Positions 46,128-55,046 of a DNA stretch of 64,000 bases are shown one piece after another. The stretch comes from Acidimicrobiia bacterium (GTDB lineage Bacteria; Actinomycetota; Acidimicrobiia; IMCC26256; JBMOIJ01). The translations under genes were made by a program, and so were the position numbers. Every line of letters begins with the position of its first letter. Position 1 is the stretch's first letter. Location of the stretch: contig JBMOIJ010000005.1 of assembly GCA_049317385.1 (NCBI GenBank), forward strand, positions 43,800 through 107,799. The letters are read 5' to 3'. The notes beneath the pieces are model-generated. The model ran no database searches. It was not told where the DNA came from and saw only the letters and a program-made list of their open reading frames with translations.

Positions 46128-46340
46128 GTGTCCGACTACGAAGCCATCATCGAGAAGCTGCAGGCCATCGAAGAAGAGCTGCGAGATCTCGCACTCGAAC
46201 GGCTCCAGGATGCGGTTCGCCAGGGCGCCGACCACAGTGCCGAAGAGAAGCGCGTCTCCAAAGCCCGCCGGGCCATCGAAAAGGCGATCCGTGACCTGAC
46301 GAGTGGCGAGCCCCGCGACGAGTACGCCGACTACGACTGA
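46128..46340 (+). CDS. hypothetical small acidic helical protein (70 aa)
   Basis: GTG 46128 preceded by GGAAGGTGAG. Charged helical sequence. Its 3' end overlaps the convergent LOG gene by 10 nt. Confidence 0.4.
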   Translation: MSDYEAIIEKLQAIEEELRDLALERLQDAVRQGADHSAEEKRVSKARRAIEKAIRDLTSGEPRDEYADYD

Positions 46341-47386
46341 GCGGCGAACGCCGACGGGTCGTTGATGCGGTCGATGAGTTGGCGCAGCCGGGCCCAGTGG
46401 TGGCGGTCGAAGTGGAATGCAATGCGAGCCAGATCAACCTGGTCGTCATCGGCCCGCTCCGCCGCGGTGGTTTCCACTGCCTCGATCTTGCCGTCCACGA
46501 TGATGTCGGCGAAGTCTTGGGTGCACGCTTCGAGCGCTTCGGAAGTGAGCGGGTGGAGCGTGCGAATCACCAGGTCGCTCCCCACGAAGCGCTGCGAGTG
46601 GTAGTTGCGGTAGAAGGTGGTGACTTCTTGCACCGCTTCGTCGATCGAGTCGGTGATCTTCACGAGTGCCATGTCCTCGGGCGACACGTAACCCGGTGCC
46701 ATCAGCTCGCGTTCCACGAACTCAGCCCAGGTGTCCCAGTAGGTGACACCGGGCACGTCGAGCAGCACGATCGGGGCGGGGTTCGACTTGCCGGTCTGCA
46801 CGAGCGTGAGGAGTTCGAACGCTTCGTCCATGGTGCCGAAGCCACCCGGCAACAGCACGAACCCCGATGATTCCTTGATGAACGTGAGCTTGCGCGTGAA
46901 GAAGTAGCGGAAGTTCACGAGCTTCGGGTCGTCGGCGATGAACGAACTGGTGGTTGCCTCGAACGGAAGCCGAATGCCCACCCCGAATGAGTTCTCGGCA
47001 CCCGCGCCTTCGATTCCGGCCGACATGATTCCGGGCCCCGCACCCGTGATGACCATCCAGTCCTGGGCCACCAGCGCGCTGGCCAAGTCGCGAGCGTGCG
47101 CGTACAGCGGGTCGGTGACCTTGGTGCGCGCGCTTCCGAAGATGGCCACTTTGCGCTCGGAGCGATACGGCGCAAACGTGCCGAAGGCATTGCGCATCTC
47201 TTTCAGCGCGGCGTTCGCGATCTTGAGGTCGCCACGATTGGTGTTGGCTCGGGCCAGGCGCACCGCGGTGGCCATCAACTCGAAGATCAGATCCTGGTTC
47301 TCGAGTGTGCCCGAACGGTCGACCACCTGGGCCACGAGCGCGTCCACGTCTGGATCACCGGTTCGGTAACGGGGGAGTCGTTGCAT
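46331..47386 (-). CDS. LOG family (TIGR00730-type) nucleotide 5'-monophosphate nucleosidase-like protein with N- and C-terminal extensions
   Basis: 351 aa. IFGSART, TGAGPGIM, FFTRK and PGGFGTMDE motifs. Confidence 0.8.
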   Translation of the reverse strand: MQRLPRYRTGDPDVDALVAQVVDRSGTLENQDLIFELMATAVRLARANTNRGDLKIANAALKEMRNAFGTFAPYRSERKVAIFGSARTKVTDPLYAHARDLASALVAQDWMVITGAGPGIMSAGIEGAGAENSFGVGIRLPFEATTSSFIADDPKLVNFRYFFTRKLTFIKESSGFVLLPGGFGTMDEAFELLTLVQTGKSNPAPIVLLDVPGVTYWDTWAEFVERELMAPGYVSPEDMALVKITDSIDEAVQEVTTFYRNYHSQRFVGSDLVIRTLHPLTSEALEACTQDFADIIVDGKIEAVETTAAERADDDQVDLARIAFHFDRHHWARLRQLIDRINDPSAFAAQS

Positions 47387-47400
47387 CGGGAGCGAGGTTA

Positions 47401-47426
47401 GGGCGCGCCGAGCTCGGGCGCGCGCC
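47401..47426 (-). terminator. GC-rich near-perfect palindrome between the two LOG genes (hairpin; terminator or attenuator candidate)
   Basis: GGGCGCGCCGAGCTCGGGCGCGCGCC lies immediately after the stop of the 799-aa gene. Stem of about 12 bp with one bulge around a central GAGCTC. No U-tract. Confidence 0.3.
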
Positions 47427-49826
47427 TCAGATCCGCAGGCCCAGGCTTTGCGGACGTTGTTCGTTCACGTTGAGTTCGCCGGCCTGCAGACGTTCGGCCA
47501 CCGCCCGGGCCGAACCGTTCCGGACGTCGATGATGTGAGTGGCGTCCTCGGGGCTCAGGTGCGCGCCGTGGAGCTCGAGGAGCGTGTCGCCCAGCGTGAC
47601 GATCGCCGCCCGCAGGCGAAGGCGATGCTTGGCCCGCCACGCCCGTGAGCTGTTGGTGTTGGTCACTTCGATGCTGCCGTCGTCGCGGCGGGCGACTTCG
47701 TAGCGCCGGCCGTCGTCCTTCGCCGCTCGGCTGACTTCCGCCACGAGAGGATCGAGGGCGTCGGGCCGACCCTGATACACGCGCACCCGCGCGATCTCGA
47801 CCATCCGGCCCACCAGGTCGGAGTGCTGCACCGCCGGTTCCAGGTAGTTCAAGGCCGAGTCGAGGAGCGCGTCAACCGAGGGCTCGGCCCCCGGGGTTCC
47901 GGCGCCGAGTGCGACCGCCTTCTCCAAGAGCGTGGAGCCGATGCGCACCGAAAGCTCGGCGTCGAGGATGCCGTGGGGCAATGCCTCTTCGCGCGCGGAG
48001 ACCAGCGCGCTCGTGTATGCGTCGAGGAGCCTGACGGCTTCGTTGCGTTCGCCGTGGGCAATCAGCGAACGGGTGAGCGCAGTCCAGACGGTGTGCGCGT
48101 CGGGGCCGTCGTAGGGCCCGTCGGGGTTGTTGGCGATGGCGGCGGAAAGCGCGGCCGCAGCCTCGACGTGGGCACCCCGTAGGTGGTGGCGAAGACCACT
48201 CGCGACGGCGAGCGCGTGACGGAACTTGAGTGACGGCTCTGCTTGGTCAGCTCCCATCGACATCTGTGCGGTTTCGATGTGGGTGGCGGCAGCGTCCAGG
48301 TCGCCACGTCGGAGCTCGATGCGAGCGGCGGTGACGGCGATGGCGCCGACCAACAGGTCGAACTCGGGCTCTACCGGTTGTGGGTTTGCGGCCACCACGG
48401 AAAGGTCGCCCTGGGCGCTCTCGAGCAGGCGTAGTGCGTGCGCCGAGTGATCGTGGTCGTAAGCGATCTGACTGAGCGCTTGGGCCAACACCGCCTTGCT
48501 GACGTGACTCTTCACTGCGGTCATCCGGGCGCGCATCACGGTTGCCTCGAGGTCGCGCCTGTCGCGTGCCACGGCGCGGGCCGCCGAGAGAAACAGGTCA
48601 GCCTGGAGCACTGCCAGTCCGACGGGAGTGAACTCATCGAGTTGCGCGAGCGAGACCAGCGCCTCGGTGTACATCACGAGAGGGTTCGAAACGATCGGCG
48701 CTCGTTGGCGTTCCACGCCGTTGACGAGGTCGATCAACTCGCGCAGCGTCGCGTAGCTGCGCTGATTGAACTGCTCGATGCGGTAATGGGGAAGCGCAAT
48801 GGTTTCGAGGGGTTCGGATTCGATCTGCTGCGCGGTTGGTGCAGCGAGTTCGAGCACCTCGTTGCGGCCGTCGGTCAGCCCTCGCACCAGGCGCTTGACC
48901 GTTTCGGACTGCAGGAACGATTCGTCGAGCCGTTTTCCGGACTGCAGACGAATGGTGAGGGTCTCGGCGTCGCTGTCGACCGAGACCGAATGGAAAATGC
49001 GGTAGAAGCCGAGGATGTGGGCGGCCGCATCGTCGACGTTGTCGAAAATGGCGTAGAGCGCGTCGTCGTTCGGACTGACCACTCCCGCTTCCACGAAGCG
49101 GTGCGACAGCTCGGCGAGGGTGCGCGTCCAGAATCCGCTGCCCGGCCGCTCGATGAGGGCAACCGGAGCGATCGGTCGTTTCCCGGTTTGGATCAGGCAG
49201 AGCGCCTCGAAGAGTTCGTCGAGCGTGCCGAATCCGCCTTCGATCACGAAGAATGCTTGCGGTCGGTCGACGAGTGCGCGCTTCCGGGTGTGAAAGTGTT
49301 TGAACTCGAGCCGGCGCGGGTCGTCGGCTCCGGTCACCTTGTCCTTCTCGAACGGAAGCTCGATGGTGGCGGAGAACAAGTTGCCACCGTCGGCGCCGCG
49401 CGAGATGGCCTTCATGCCACCAGGCCCCCCGCCAGTGATGAGCGCCCACCCGTGCTGCTTGAGCACGAAGCCCATTTGCCAGCCCTGTTGATACGCCTTC
49501 TGGCCGGGCTTGAGTCGGGCCGAGCTGAAGCCAGCGGCGAGCGGGAACCCGCCGTTGACGCCGAGTCGCGTCACCAAGTCGGCGAGCTCCTCGGTACTCT
49601 CGGCCAGCAGGGCCTGGTCCAAGAGGCGCGCCGTCGTAGTGGCTGGGATCGACGCCACGATGCGGGCGAAGAACTCGCCGCTTGCGGCGGGGATGTTCAG
49701 CTCGGTGGCCAGCGCGGCGATGGCCCGGAGCGATTCGGGCTGCTGAACGACCTCGGCCTCTCGGGCGGGCTCGCGCCCGACCGGGTCGGCTGCGGGGGCG
49801 GATTGCGGTTCTGGCTCGAGCTGCAT
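47427..49826 (-). CDS. LOG-family domain protein fused to a large uncharacterised C-terminal helical region (799 aa)
   Basis: Residues ~100-275 are LOG-like (GGGPGGM, FHTRK, EGGFGTLDE). Residues ~275-370 are paralogous to the extension of the neighbouring LOG protein. Residues ~371-799 are Ala/Leu/Arg-rich and unassigned. Confidence 0.7.
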   Translation of the reverse strand: MQLEPEPQSAPAADPVGREPAREAEVVQQPESLRAIAALATELNIPAASGEFFARIVASIPATTTARLLDQALLAESTEELADLVTRLGVNGGFPLAAGFSSARLKPGQKAYQQGWQMGFVLKQHGWALITGGGPGGMKAISRGADGGNLFSATIELPFEKDKVTGADDPRRLEFKHFHTRKRALVDRPQAFFVIEGGFGTLDELFEALCLIQTGKRPIAPVALIERPGSGFWTRTLAELSHRFVEAGVVSPNDDALYAIFDNVDDAAAHILGFYRIFHSVSVDSDAETLTIRLQSGKRLDESFLQSETVKRLVRGLTDGRNEVLELAAPTAQQIESEPLETIALPHYRIEQFNQRSYATLRELIDLVNGVERQRAPIVSNPLVMYTEALVSLAQLDEFTPVGLAVLQADLFLSAARAVARDRRDLEATVMRARMTAVKSHVSKAVLAQALSQIAYDHDHSAHALRLLESAQGDLSVVAANPQPVEPEFDLLVGAIAVTAARIELRRGDLDAAATHIETAQMSMGADQAEPSLKFRHALAVASGLRHHLRGAHVEAAAALSAAIANNPDGPYDGPDAHTVWTALTRSLIAHGERNEAVRLLDAYTSALVSAREEALPHGILDAELSVRIGSTLLEKAVALGAGTPGAEPSVDALLDSALNYLEPAVQHSDLVGRMVEIARVRVYQGRPDALDPLVAEVSRAAKDDGRRYEVARRDDGSIEVTNTNSSRAWRAKHRLRLRAAIVTLGDTLLELHGAHLSPEDATHIIDVRNGSARAVAERLQAGELNVNEQRPQSLGLRI

Positions 49827-49904
49827 GGGGCAGCAGTATGGCGGAGTCGCTCAGAACTGGTCCAAAGGGACAGCTTCCTCGAATCGCCCAAGAGTTCCCA
49901 GCCG

Positions 49905-50900
49905 CTACGCCTCGTCGAAGAGCCGGCCCAGGACCCGCAGGTCGTCTTCGGGACGGGCGCCCAGATGCGCAATCACTTCGGCAGCTGCGACCGAACCCAG
50001 GTGCCCGGCCCGGGCCAACCCGAGTTCGTTTGCGATTCCGTAGAGCACCCCGGCGGCGTAGAGGTCGCCCGCGCCGGTGGTGTCGATCACTTCGTCGACG
50101 GGATGCGCGTCGATCACGTGGACCTCGTCGCCGGCCACGATGACCGAGCCCTTCTCGCTCCGCGTGAGCGCGGCGATCTCGCAGTGCCCTCGCACGTGTT
50201 GGAGCGCGGCGTCGAACTCGTCGACCTCGTAGAGCGCGCAGATCTCGGCTTCGTTCGCGAACAAGATGTCGACCTCGCGCTCGGCGAGCGCAAGGAACTC
50301 CTTGCGGTGACGTTCGACGCAGAACGAGTCCGACAACGTGAACGCGAACTTGCGGCCCGCAGCGTGCGTGCGTTCCGCGAGCGCCCGCACGGCATCTTTC
50401 GCCGCGGGCTGGTCCCAGAGGTAACCCTCGGTGTAGGTGATGGCCGCCGATTCGATGAGTTCGTCGGGCAGGTCGGCCGGTGAAATCTGATTGGCCGCAC
50501 CCAAGAAGGTGCACATCGTGCGATTCGCGTCCGGAGTGACGATCACATACGAGCGGCCGCTGGCCGGACCGTCGGATGCAATTGAACCCGCATACTGCAC
50601 GCCCGCAGCTTGAATGTCGTGGCGGTACAACTCGCCGATCTGATCGTCGCGAGTGCGGCCCACGAACGCGACGCGGCCGCCGAATGCTGCCACCCCCACT
50701 GCGGTGTTCCCAGCCGAACCGCCCGAGATCTCGACCGCCGGACCCATCTGTGCGTAGATGTGATGAGAAACGTCTTCGTCGATGAGCGTCATCGATGACT
50801 TGACCATGCCGATGCGACCGAGGAAGTCGTCTTCCTCGTGGGAGAGCACGTCCACGAGTGCGTTGCCGACCGCGAGGACATCGAGGGTGGGGGCGTTCAC
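49905..50900 (-). CDS. PfkB-family kinase, adenosine kinase-like
   Basis: 331 aa. VGNALVDVL, GGSAGNTA and DTTGAGD motifs. Confidence 0.8.
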   Translation of the reverse strand: MNAPTLDVLAVGNALVDVLSHEEDDFLGRIGMVKSSMTLIDEDVSHHIYAQMGPAVEISGGSAGNTAVGVAAFGGRVAFVGRTRDDQIGELYRHDIQAAGVQYAGSIASDGPASGRSYVIVTPDANRTMCTFLGAANQISPADLPDELIESAAITYTEGYLWDQPAAKDAVRALAERTHAAGRKFAFTLSDSFCVERHRKEFLALAEREVDILFANEAEICALYEVDEFDAALQHVRGHCEIAALTRSEKGSVIVAGDEVHVIDAHPVDEVIDTTGAGDLYAAGVLYGIANELGLARAGHLGSVAAAEVIAHLGARPEDDLRVLGRLFDEA

Positions 50901-50923
50901 TGCATTCCTTTCACAGGGATGGA

Positions 50924-53272
50924 TCAGGGATGGGCGCCGATGACGACCGGGGTGTCGGCATCATCAGGAGCACGAAGGCGTCGGCCGACGGTCTGCGTGC
51001 GCCCGTAGAGCGTGGTGCGCTGCTCGAGCGGCCGACCAATGGGTTCGGTGATCGCACGGAACTCCAGCTCGTCGACTTCTTGACCGTGGCTTGCACCCGC
51101 CGCTCGTGAGATGTTCTCGTCCATGAGCGTGCCGCCCAGGTCGTTGGCGCCGGCCTGAAGGATCTGTTGCGCGCCGGCGAGACCGAGTTTCACCCAACTC
51201 ACCTGGATGTTGTCGATTGCGTCGCGGTAGGCAAGCCGCGCCACTGCGTGGAGGAGCAGCGTCTCACGGAACGTGGGGCCCTGGCGTGCTTTGCCCTGCA
51301 AGTAGATGGGTGTGGCCATGTGCACGAACGGCAGCGGGACGAACTCGGTGAACCCGCCGGTCTCGCGCTGAAGAGCGCGGGTGCGCAGGATGTGGCGCGC
51401 AACGTGTTCCGGTCGTTCCACGGTGCCGAACATGATGGTGACGTTCGAGCGCAGGCCCACCGAGTGCGCCACCCGATGCGCCTCGAGCCATTCGTCGGTC
51501 GTGATCTTGTCGGGGCAGATCACGGCGCGTACTTCGTCGTCGAGGATCTCGGCTGCAGTGCCGGGCAACGTGTTGAGTCCGGCGTCACGCAACCTGACGA
51601 GGTAGTCCGCCAGGTCGACGCCCAAGCGTCGCGCGCCTTCGGTTACTTCCAGCGCCGTGAAGCCATGAATGTGGATGTCGGGGGCGACCTCGCGCACGGC
51701 CCGCGTCACGTCGAGGTACGTGCTGCCGTCGAAATCAGGGTGGATGCCACCTTGAAGGCACACTTCGGTGGCACCACATTCCACCGCCTCGACGACGCGC
51801 CGCTGCACTTCGTCGAGGCCGAGGTTGTACGGCGTGCCGCGCAAGTTGAGACTGAGCGGACCCTTGCTGAACGCACAGAACCGGCACTTGAACGTGCACA
51901 CGTTCGTGTAGTTGATGTTGCGGTTCCGCACGAAGGTGACCGCGTCGCCAACGGTCTCGCGGCGAACCCGGTCGGCGGCCGATGCAATGGCCACGACGTC
52001 GGCGCCGCGAGCGCCGAGCAGCGTGACGATTTCGGCTTCGTCGAGTTCCTGGTCTTGGGCGACGCCCTCGAGCACCTCGCCAACCGCGTTGCCGGCGCGT
52101 GCAACTGCACTGGGGAGTAGCCGCGGCGGGGTGGCGTCGCTGCCCGAGTGCCAGGCGGTGTCGCGCGCGAGTCCTTCGCTGTCGCTGCGGATGAGCACGG
52201 CAGTGCGCAGCGCCGGATCGATCCACTCTTCGGCCCCCACGACGTACTCGGGATGCACAGTGAGCCGGGGTGCGAGTCGCTTTCCTGCCAATTCGGTGGC
52301 CGCGCGCAACGCGTCGAGCGCAGGCCAGGGGCGTTCGGGGTTCACGTGGTCGATGGTGACGGGTGACACGCCACCCCAGTCGTCGATGCCGGCATCGATC
52401 AGCGCAGCGAGCTGGTCGGGCTCGCTCAAGTTGGGTGGCGCTTGGATGTGCATGTGCGGGCCCAGCACCATGCGCGCAGCCGCGACGGACCACAGGAACT
52501 CCTCGGGCGGACACGGCGCGTCGTGCTGCATGGCCGTGGCGGGTTTGGGCAAGAAGTTCTGCACGATCACTTCCTGCACGTGCCCGTACTTGCGGTGCGC
52601 GTCGCGAATCGCGAACAGTGCGTCGAGGCGTTCCTCCCGCGTCTCGCCGATGCCCACCAGGATCCCCGTGGTGTACGGGATACGAGCCGTGCCGGCTGCG
52701 AGCAGCGTGGCGAGACGCCGCGCGGGTGCCTTGTCGGGAGCGCCGAAGTGTGCGCCACCGCGTTCGTGCAAACGAGACGACAGTGACTCGATCATCATCC
52801 CCTGCGACGGCGTGACGGTTCGCAGCGCGCGCAGTTCCCCTTCGGAGAGCGCCCCCGGATTGGCATGGGGGAGCAACCCCGTCTCCTTGACGACCCGACC
52901 GGCAACGTGGACGAGGTACTCCACCGTGGACGCGAAACCCTGGTCGGCCAGCCACTTCGCGGCGACCTCGTAGCGCGCCTCGGGTGCTTCGCCCAGCGTG
53001 AAGAGCACCTCGTGACAGCCCTGCTCGGCGCCGCGGCGCGCAATGGCGAGCACTTCGTCTGCGGTGAGGAACGGCGCGTCGATATGCGCCGGAGCCTTGG
53101 CGAACGTGCAGTAACCGCACCGGTCGCGACACAACATGGTGAGCGGCACGAAGACCTTCGGCGAGAAGGTCATGCGGTCGCCGAATCTTTCGTCGCGGAG
53201 CGCTGCGGCCTCACGCATGAGGTCGTGTATTGGGCGATCGATCAGCGCGCTCGCGTCGGCTCGGGACAGCAC
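50924..53272 (-). CDS. fbiC: 7,8-didemethyl-8-hydroxy-5-deazariboflavin (FO) synthase, fused CofG/CofH
   Basis: 782 aa. Two radical-SAM CxxxCxxC motifs (CRDRCGYC and CTFKCRFC). Confidence 0.9.
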   Translation of the reverse strand: MLSRADASALIDRPIHDLMREAAALRDERFGDRMTFSPKVFVPLTMLCRDRCGYCTFAKAPAHIDAPFLTADEVLAIARRGAEQGCHEVLFTLGEAPEARYEVAAKWLADQGFASTVEYLVHVAGRVVKETGLLPHANPGALSEGELRALRTVTPSQGMMIESLSSRLHERGGAHFGAPDKAPARRLATLLAAGTARIPYTTGILVGIGETREERLDALFAIRDAHRKYGHVQEVIVQNFLPKPATAMQHDAPCPPEEFLWSVAAARMVLGPHMHIQAPPNLSEPDQLAALIDAGIDDWGGVSPVTIDHVNPERPWPALDALRAATELAGKRLAPRLTVHPEYVVGAEEWIDPALRTAVLIRSDSEGLARDTAWHSGSDATPPRLLPSAVARAGNAVGEVLEGVAQDQELDEAEIVTLLGARGADVVAIASAADRVRRETVGDAVTFVRNRNINYTNVCTFKCRFCAFSKGPLSLNLRGTPYNLGLDEVQRRVVEAVECGATEVCLQGGIHPDFDGSTYLDVTRAVREVAPDIHIHGFTALEVTEGARRLGVDLADYLVRLRDAGLNTLPGTAAEILDDEVRAVICPDKITTDEWLEAHRVAHSVGLRSNVTIMFGTVERPEHVARHILRTRALQRETGGFTEFVPLPFVHMATPIYLQGKARQGPTFRETLLLHAVARLAYRDAIDNIQVSWVKLGLAGAQQILQAGANDLGGTLMDENISRAAGASHGQEVDELEFRAITEPIGRPLEQRTTLYGRTQTVGRRLRAPDDADTPVVIGAHP

Positions 53273-53281
53273 GGGCGGAGC

Positions 53282-53920
53282 CTAGGCGGGGGCAGCGTCG
53301 CGGTCAGCGAGCCACACCGCGCGCGCGGCACGCACGTGCGTGGCCGGGAGATCGTCACCCGCCAACACTTGCGCCAGGGCCGCCCGCTTCGCCGCACCCA
53401 TAACGGTGATCACGACGAGCCGCGCCGAGGCAATCGCGGGGTACGTCATGGTGAGTCGGGGATAGGCATGTGCCTCGTCGCCGGTGGCCACCACCCAGTG
53501 TTCGCCCTCGGCCAGGGCGGGTGAGCCGGGGAAGAGCGATGCCGTGTGCCCGTCGGGGCCGAGCCCCAGATGGACGAGATCCAGCGGGGGTGCCGACCGC
53601 AGCAACTCGTCGTAGGTCTTCGCAGCGCCCACGATGTTGTCGCCGGCGTCCCGCATCGAGTGCACGGCGCGCGGCGCCACGTCATTGAGGAGTGCGTCGC
53701 GCGCCATGCCTTCGTTCGACGCAGGATCGTGCACCCCGACCCAGCGCTCGTCACCGAAGTAGACGTCGATCCCACTCCAGTCGATTCCGGGCGTGTGGGC
53801 CAGCCGCTGGTAGCAACGCTGTGCAGTGTCTCCGCCGGAGAGCACAATCGACTGCGGCGCGACCCCTGCGACCAGGTGGGCGAACGCATCGGGCACGTCG
53901 CGCACCACTTCGAGGTTCAT
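53282..53920 (-). CDS. pgl: 6-phosphogluconolactonase
   Basis: 212 aa. LSGGDT and GLGPDGHTASLFPG motifs. Confidence 0.85.
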   Translation of the reverse strand: MNLEVVRDVPDAFAHLVAGVAPQSIVLSGGDTAQRCYQRLAHTPGIDWSGIDVYFGDERWVGVHDPASNEGMARDALLNDVAPRAVHSMRDAGDNIVGAAKTYDELLRSAPPLDLVHLGLGPDGHTASLFPGSPALAEGEHWVVATGDEAHAYPRLTMTYPAIASARLVVITVMGAAKRAALAQVLAGDDLPATHVRAARAVWLADRDAAPA

Positions 53921-53932
53921 GGCGCGCGTGAC

Positions 53933-55027
53933 TCAGCCGACCAGTTCGATACGGCGCTTGTCGAGACTCGCCAAGCAGTCGTGGAAGCTTTGCGCGAACG
54001 ATGCCACGCCCTCACGCTCGAGGACCGCGACCACGTCGGCGTAGTCGACACCGGCAGCGGGCAGTTCCTGCTCGACCAGCGCGCGGGCGGCGTCGACGCC
54101 ATCCGTGATGGTGTTCGGCTTCGGGTCGCCGTGGTCGCGCAGCGCGTCGATTGACGGTTGCGCCAACGTGTTCACACTGTCCGGGCCCACGAGGTCGTCG
54201 ACGTAGAGGGTGTCGGAGTACGCCGGGTTCTTCGTGGAGGTGCTGGCCCACAGCGGTCGCTGCGGATTCGCGGCATCCGCCACGTACCCCCACTCCTCGC
54301 CCGCGATGTGGTGAGCGAACACTTCGTACGCGAGCTTGGCGTTCGCCACCGCAGCGCGGCCCCGTAGTGCGCTGGATTCAGGGAGTCGACGGTCGACTTC
54401 GGTGTCGAGGCGGCTCACGAAGAACGATCCCACCGAGTGCACCTTGGAGATGTCGCCGCCGTTCGCGCGGAGCTTGCGCAAACCTTCGACGTAAGCCTCG
54501 AGTACAGCCTGATACCGCTCGAGGCTGAAGATCAATGTGACGTTGACGTTGATGCCCGCGGCGATGGTTTCGGTGATCGCAGGGAGCCCCGCCTTCGTGG
54601 CCGGAATCTTGATCAGGATGTTCGGACGGTCGAGCCGGTTCCACAACCACGCGGCCTGTTCGATGGTTGCGTCGGTGTCGTGGGCGAGGAGGGGCGACAC
54701 TTCGACGGAGACGAAGCCATCACGCCCGTCGAGGCGGTCGTGGGTGGGACGCAAGATGTCGGCTGCGTGGCCCACGTCCGTGAGCACGAGTTCCCAGTAG
54801 ATGTCGTCAACGGACGCGCCCTGCGCTGCGAGGGTGGCGAGCTGGTCGTCGTAGCCGGCGCCGCTGGCCATGGCCTTCTCGAAGATCGTGGGGTTCGAGG
54901 TGACGCCACGGATCCCGTCTTCGCTGATGAGCTGGTTCAGGCCACCTTTCGACACCAAGGTGCGCGTGAGGTTGTCGTACCAGGGGCTCTGGCCGAAGTC
55001 GTTGAGGCGGGCGATTGGGCTGTTCAT
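53933..55027 (-). CDS. tal: transaldolase
   Basis: ATG 55027 inside ORF 53933..55171. GQSPWYDNL, TSNPTIF, and the Schiff-base lysine region ILIKIPAT. Confidence 0.9.
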   Translation of the reverse strand: MNSPIARLNDFGQSPWYDNLTRTLVSKGGLNQLISEDGIRGVTSNPTIFEKAMASGAGYDDQLATLAAQGASVDDIYWELVLTDVGHAADILRPTHDRLDGRDGFVSVEVSPLLAHDTDATIEQAAWLWNRLDRPNILIKIPATKAGLPAITETIAAGINVNVTLIFSLERYQAVLEAYVEGLRKLRANGGDISKVHSVGSFFVSRLDTEVDRRLPESSALRGRAAVANAKLAYEVFAHHIAGEEWGYVADAANPQRPLWASTSTKNPAYSDTLYVDDLVGPDSVNTLAQPSIDALRDHGDPKPNTITDGVDAARALVEQELPAAGVDYADVVAVLEREGVASFAQSFHDCLASLDKRRIELVG

Positions 55028-55046
55028 TTCGATCCTTTGGAAGAGG

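Noticed and set aside
49827-49904. Intergenic gaps (49827-49904, 57051-57136, 61524-61583 and 29240-29342) inspected for tRNA or small RNA genes.
   Set aside because: I found no cloverleaf-compatible stems and no conserved T-loop (GTTCGAATC-like) sequence. Only short local hairpins are present, so nothing is reported beyond possible promoter or leader function.
48438-50483. A 681-aa plus-strand ORF.
   Set aside because: It is antisense to the LOG-fusion and adenosine kinase genes. It has no recognisable motifs and its composition is typical of a GC-rich shadow ORF.
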